In this document: one piece after another, positions 46,759 through 50,363 of the stretch
How the letters are laid out: every line of letters begins with the position of its first letter
Position numbering within the stretch: position 1 is the stretch's first letter
Program-made: the position numbers and the translations under genes
Origin: a virus
Lineage: Duplodnaviria > Caudoviricetes
Direction: 5' to 3' (one strand)
Virus record (IMG/VR): IMGVR_UViG_3300025322_000030
Coordinates: 1-50,363 of that record
Length of the DNA: 50,363 bases
The notes under the pieces: generated by a model
What the model was told of the DNA's origin: nothing
The model's database searches: none
What the model saw: the letters and a program-made list of their open reading frames with translations, nothing else

Positions 46759-48061
46759 AGTGGCTATGATCCCAACGTCGTCAATAGTTGTTGATGATGA
46801 CAGAGCTAGAAAGATAATGGGAGACCTGGATGGGCTAGAAACTAACATGAAAGAATCAGGACTAATCTCTCCATTAGCTGTAAAATATAACAGTGATGGG
46901 AGTTACAAACTCCTGGCTGGCGAACGTAGATATATTGTACTCAAGCGTAATAATGTAGAAAGCATACCAGTTAGAATATATACTGAGGATCTAACTGATC
47001 TCGAGATGAAGATTATAGAGAAGTCTGAAAACTTCTTTCGCAAGGACATGGAATACTGGGAGTTTGACAAGCTAACTCTCGAGATCCATCAAATGCAGCA
47101 GGAGCTGCATGGAGCTAAGACTCCAGGACCTACAAGCGTAGGTTGGGGGACTAGAGATACTGCAGAGATGTTATCCAGTAGTCAGCCCGCTGTAGTTGAA
47201 TCTGTGAAACGAGCTCAGGCTAGAGAAGCATTCCCAGATCTGTTTGACAATTGTAAGACTGCAAGTGATGCCAGTAAGATACTGAAGAAGATAGATGAAG
47301 CTGCTGTTAGGCAGGTTATAGCACAAAGGCTGGAAGCTCAGTCATCTGAAGGCACCATCCATGACTTAGCTAAGAGATTTATAGTGAAAGACTTCTTCAA
47401 AGGTATTAGGGAAGTCCCTGATGGAATAATTCACTTAGTGGAAATAGATCCACCATATGCTATAAACTTGGCTCATCAAAGAAAGAAGGACGGTGAGTCA
47501 CAGTATCAGCTAGAAGACTACAATGATATAGATCAAGACTCATATCCATCATTTTTGGATCGAACTTTGAAGGAATGTTATAGGGTGATGACTGAGCACT
47601 CATGGCTAATTATCTGGTTCGCGCCAGAACCCTGGTTCGATGAAGTATATAAGGCACTAAACAGCGCAGGATTTAGCACGACTAGAATGGTAGGCGTATG
47701 GACGAAAGGTGTGCCTGGGCAGAGTATGAATCCCTCAATCAGACTAGCCAACAGCTACGAAATGTTCTTCTACGCATGGAAAGGTCAGCCTGCACTAAAC
47801 AAAGCTGGCAGAAGCAACGAGTTTCATTTCTCACCAGTTCCATCTAATCAAAAGACCCATCCAACAGAGAGACCAATAGAGCTAATGAAGGAGGTATATG
47901 ATACTTTTGCGTTCCAAGGATCTCGAGTGCTAATTCCTTTTCTTGGATCTGGAAATGGAATACTCGCATCCCAGCAGCTTGGAATGTCAGCTTTTGGATT
48001 TGAGCTTAGTAAGTCGTATAAGGATTCATTCTTAGTCAAAGTACACTTAATGAGAGGATAA
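46742..48061 (+). CDS. ParB-like CTPase domain, HTH and beta-class amino-DNA methyltransferase fusion
   Basis: LLAGERRY, SENFFRKD, TRDTAEMLSSSQPAV (HTH), IDPPY, HPTERP, PFLGSG. Confidence 0.85.
   Translation: MIKVGEVAMIPTSSIVVDDDRARKIMGDLDGLETNMKESGLISPLAVKYNSDGSYKLLAGERRYIVLKRNNVESIPVRIYTEDLTDLEMKIIEKSENFFRKDMEYWEFDKLTLEIHQMQQELHGAKTPGPTSVGWGTRDTAEMLSSSQPAVVESVKRAQAREAFPDLFDNCKTASDASKILKKIDEAAVRQVIAQRLEAQSSEGTIHDLAKRFIVKDFFKGIREVPDGIIHLVEIDPPYAINLAHQRKKDGESQYQLEDYNDIDQDSYPSFLDRTLKECYRVMTEHSWLIIWFAPEPWFDEVYKALNSAGFSTTRMVGVWTKGVPGQSMNPSIRLANSYEMFFYAWKGQPALNKAGRSNEFHFSPVPSNQKTHPTERPIELMKEVYDTFAFQGSRVLIPFLGSGNGILASQQLGMSAFGFELSKSYKDSFLVKVHLMRG
47542..47566. promoter_or_regulatory. 25-bp palindrome copy 18 (degenerate, intragenic)
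   Basis: ATATCCATCA-TTTTT-GGATCGAACT. Confidence 0.55.
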
Positions 48062-48063
48062 TT

Positions 48064-48198
48064 ATGGAAAACTATTCCGCTGTATATGCACTTGGAGGAG
48101 TAGTAGTTGGATGGCTACTCTATTGGCTAACAGTATTTGTAACATCGGAGATAGGATATAGGATCAGAGAGAGACGATATAGAAATGGTAAATTCTAG
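48064..48198 (+). CDS. 44-aa single-TM protein, not in the ORF track
   Basis: MENYSAVYALGGVVVGWLLYWLTVFVTSEIGYRIRERRYRNGKF; GAGG RBS. Confidence 0.55.
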   Translation: MENYSAVYALGGVVVGWLLYWLTVFVTSEIGYRIRERRYRNGKF

Positions 48199-48204
48199 CT
48201 CAAT

Positions 48205-50363
48205 ATGAAACGCACCTTCGTTCCACCATCAGGCAACAAATCTGCAAAGCTAGCTTTGTGTGGCGAGCAGCCTGGCAAAGATGAGATCATGGCTCGTCCA
48301 CCTCAGCCTTTTGTCGGACCTGCAGGTAAGGGCCTGAATGAGTGTCTGGCTGTAACCAAGACACTTCGTAGAGATTTATATCTAACAAATGTAATAAAGG
48401 ACTTGGATCACCCACTTTCATATTACATAGATATAAATCAACGAGGTAGGCATACGATTAGTCAGGAGGGCTATCAGTACATCCAGGAGTTAGCTGAAGA
48501 ACTCAAACAGATCAGGCCTAATTGTGTGGTAGCTCTTGGCAACGTAGCGCTGTTGGCACTGACAAATCGAATAGGAATTACCAAGTGGAGAGGATCAGTT
48601 CTTGAATCAACTGTTGTACCAGGACTTAAGGTTGTTCCTACATTTCATCCAGCTACATTCATACCACCGAAGTTTAACTTTCTCAATAAACCACTGATAT
48701 GTGAGGATTTAGAAAGGGCCAAACATGAAAGTGAGTTTCCTGAAATCAGACGTTTAGCTAGAAACATAATAGTTCGACCCAATTTTGATCAGACTGTTGA
48801 TATACTAAACTATTGCTATGAAGTTGGATTAAGGGGTCAAACTATTGGATTTGACTTAGAGCTTATAGGCGGAGAAGTAGACTGCTTCTCTGTTGGGTGG
48901 TCATCTATAGATTCGATAAGTGTTCCATTAAGAGGACCTCAAGGAGATTACTTTAACCCAGAGGAAGAGTTAGAGATAATGCTACTGTTGGCTAAGATAG
49001 TCCAGGAGCCAAGAATATCCAAAGCTGGAGCCAATGTAATCTTTGATACACAAGTGCTATTTCACAAGTACGGTATCCGACCAAGAGGTAAGATTCACTG
49101 CACACAAATAGCCCAGAAAATATCCTATCCAGATTTCTCAGTCGGACTAGACTTTGTTACTGCAATGTACACAGACATTCCATACTACAAACAAGATGGT
49201 AAGCAGTGGATGAAAATGCAAGCTGGTACCTGGGAGCAGTGGTGGAACTACAATGGAATGGACTCTATAGTACCAGCCGATGTAATTCCAGAGCAGCTCC
49301 AGGCACTTGCTAAACAGCAGAATGAGGAAACCTATGAGAGAAAACTAAGGCTCATGGAACCTCTCATTTATATGTCTGAGAGAGGAATTAGAGTTGATGT
49401 TCAAGGAATGATGGAATATAGGGAGAAACAGCAAACTGAACTTGATAGACTCTCTGAGGAACTAAACAGAGAAGTTGGATATGAAATTAATTTCAACTCA
49501 CCAAAGCAGTTAATGAATTACTTTTATAATGAAACAGGGATTAAGCCATACAAGAAGAGGAATACCAAGAATGAATATGTAGACACAACAGACGTGGACG
49601 CGCTTAAGCGTATCTCAAGAAGAGGTGGACCTGGAAGTCAGGCAGCCAAGCTACTGCTTGATATAAGGTCACTCAGTAAACGAATATCAACTTACTTAAA
49701 CATAGGAAAGGTGGATATAGATGGACGATACAAAAGTTCATACAAGCCGGTCGGAGCTGATACTGGACGACTCTCATCTGGAGAAACTATCTTCGGTACT
49801 GGAGGAAATCAGCAAAATTGGCCTCATGACCTACTCAGATTCTTTCTCTTTGACGAGGGATATATCGGATACTCGCTTGACCTTAGCCAAATCGAAAACA
49901 GAATTGTTGCCCACGTCGGAGGAGTAATAACGCAGATAGAGGCATTCGAGCAAGGTATAGATCTACATAAACTGACTGCTGGTGTGATACTTGATAAGTC
50001 GTATGATCAAATATCTGATGAGGATAGTTCCTCAGACATAGGCGACGGTAGACATAGTGAACGCTTCTGGGGAAAGAAAGGTAATCATGCTATAAACTAC
50101 GATGTTCAATACAAGACATTTGCACTGAAGAATGAACTTCAAGAAGGCGAGGCTAAGTATATACTTGAGAAGATTCACAGGGGATATCCGCAAATTAGGG
50201 ATGGCTACCACGTAACTATTCAGAATATGCTGAAGAAGAATAGAACTATTACAAACCTGTTTGGCCGTAGCAGATTATTCCTCGGTCCTATATTCCAATC
50301 CTATCCAAATGTGCCTAAGAGTGCATGTGAAGCTACATATAGAGAAGCTTATGCTCAGTTAGC
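48205..50363 (+). CDS. polA: Family A DNA polymerase with N-terminal family-4-like UDG domain and 3'-5' exonuclease (848 aa after circularisation); absent from the ORF track
   Basis: Translated by hand: GEQPG, FVGPAG, YLTNVIK, TFHPA; ExoI GFDLE, ExoII NVIFD, ExoIII YNGMD; TGRLSS, motif A DLSQIENR, motif B RFWGKKGNHAINY. Confidence 0.93.
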   Translation, partial: MKRTFVPPSGNKSAKLALCGEQPGKDEIMARPPQPFVGPAGKGLNECLAVTKTLRRDLYLTNVIKDLDHPLSYYIDINQRGRHTISQEGYQYIQELAEELKQIRPNCVVALGNVALLALTNRIGITKWRGSVLESTVVPGLKVVPTFHPATFIPPKFNFLNKPLICEDLERAKHESEFPEIRRLARNIIVRPNFDQTVDILNYCYEVGLRGQTIGFDLELIGGEVDCFSVGWSSIDSISVPLRGPQGDYFNPEEELEIMLLLAKIVQEPRISKAGANVIFDTQVLFHKYGIRPRGKIHCTQIAQKISYPDFSVGLDFVTAMYTDIPYYKQDGKQWMKMQAGTWEQWWNYNGMDSIVPADVIPEQLQALAKQQNEETYERKLRLMEPLIYMSERGIRVDVQGMMEYREKQQTELDRLSEELNREVGYEINFNSPKQLMNYFYNETGIKPYKKRNTKNEYVDTTDVDALKRISRRGGPGSQAAKLLLDIRSLSKRISTYLNIGKVDIDGRYKSSYKPVGADTGRLSSGETIFGTGGNQQNWPHDLLRFFLFDEGYIGYSLDLSQIENRIVAHVGGVITQIEAFEQGIDLHKLTAGVILDKSYDQISDEDSSSDIGDGRHSERFWGKKGNHAINYDVQYKTFALKNELQEGEAKYILEKIHRGYPQIRDGYHVTIQNMLKKNRTITNLFGRSRLFLGPIFQSYPNVPKSACEATYREAYAQL
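48771..48795. promoter_or_regulatory. 25-bp palindrome copy 19 (in the UDG-exonuclease linker of polA)
   Basis: AGTTCGACCC-AATTT-TGATCAGACT. Confidence 0.75.
50238..50363. repeat. 126-bp direct terminal repeat, right copy
   Basis: Identical to 15-140. Confidence 0.95.

Noticed and set aside
2014-48795. The 25-bp repeats as a CRISPR array, LexA/FNR boxes, dif/att sites or terminators
   Set aside because: They are dispersed over kilobases rather than arrayed; geometry differs from CGAAC-N4-GTTCG, TTGAT-N4-ATCAA and 11-6-11 dif sites; no recombinase was seen; arms mismatch without compensation and lack U-tracts
1-50363. tRNA genes, stop-codon reassignment, integrase, DGR or reverse transcriptase
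   Set aside because: No cloverleaf or T-loop context was seen by eye; genes are intact in the standard code with all three stops used; no recombinase or RT motifs were recognised

Overview
The window looks like an essentially complete, circularly permuted dsDNA tailed-phage genome of about 50.2 kb. Bases 15-140 repeat exactly at 50238-50363, and the join splits the DNA polymerase gene. The gene set is podovirus-like, and no integrase, repressor, RNA polymerase, tRNA or CRISPR array was recognised. The minus-strand late arm (31109 to 2029) encodes small terminase, SLT endolysin, a u-spanin-like lipoprotein, two GT2 glycosyltransferases with a SAM methyltransferase, large terminase, a membrane protein, two secreted proteins, a mucin-like/LamG protein, portal, scaffold, decoration protein, major capsid protein, adaptor, an apparently split tail nozzle, ejection proteins and a ~2300-aa polyvalent protein. 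The plus-strand early/middle arm (31.4 kb through the join to 2014) has sigma70-type promoters, many small ORFs, HNH, ATP-dependent ligase, HIRAN, Cas4-like nuclease, Sak4-like ATPase, SSB, UDP-sulfoquinovose synthase, ParB-HTH-DNA methyltransferase, UDG-fused PolA, MazG and a DUF3987-like NTPase. Three things stand out. (1) At least 19 copies of a 25-bp palindrome, AGWTYGAWCM-W5-KGWTCRAWCT, are spread across the genome. (2) The first early gene sits in an rRNA-operon-like arrangement: promoter, boxB-like hairpin, boxA-like element and a ~30-38-bp long-range stem enclosing the CDS. (3) SqdB, glycosyltransferases and PTT-repeat virion proteins together suggest a sulfo-sugar virion glycosylation system. 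All calls come from reading motifs by eye; no database searches were run.
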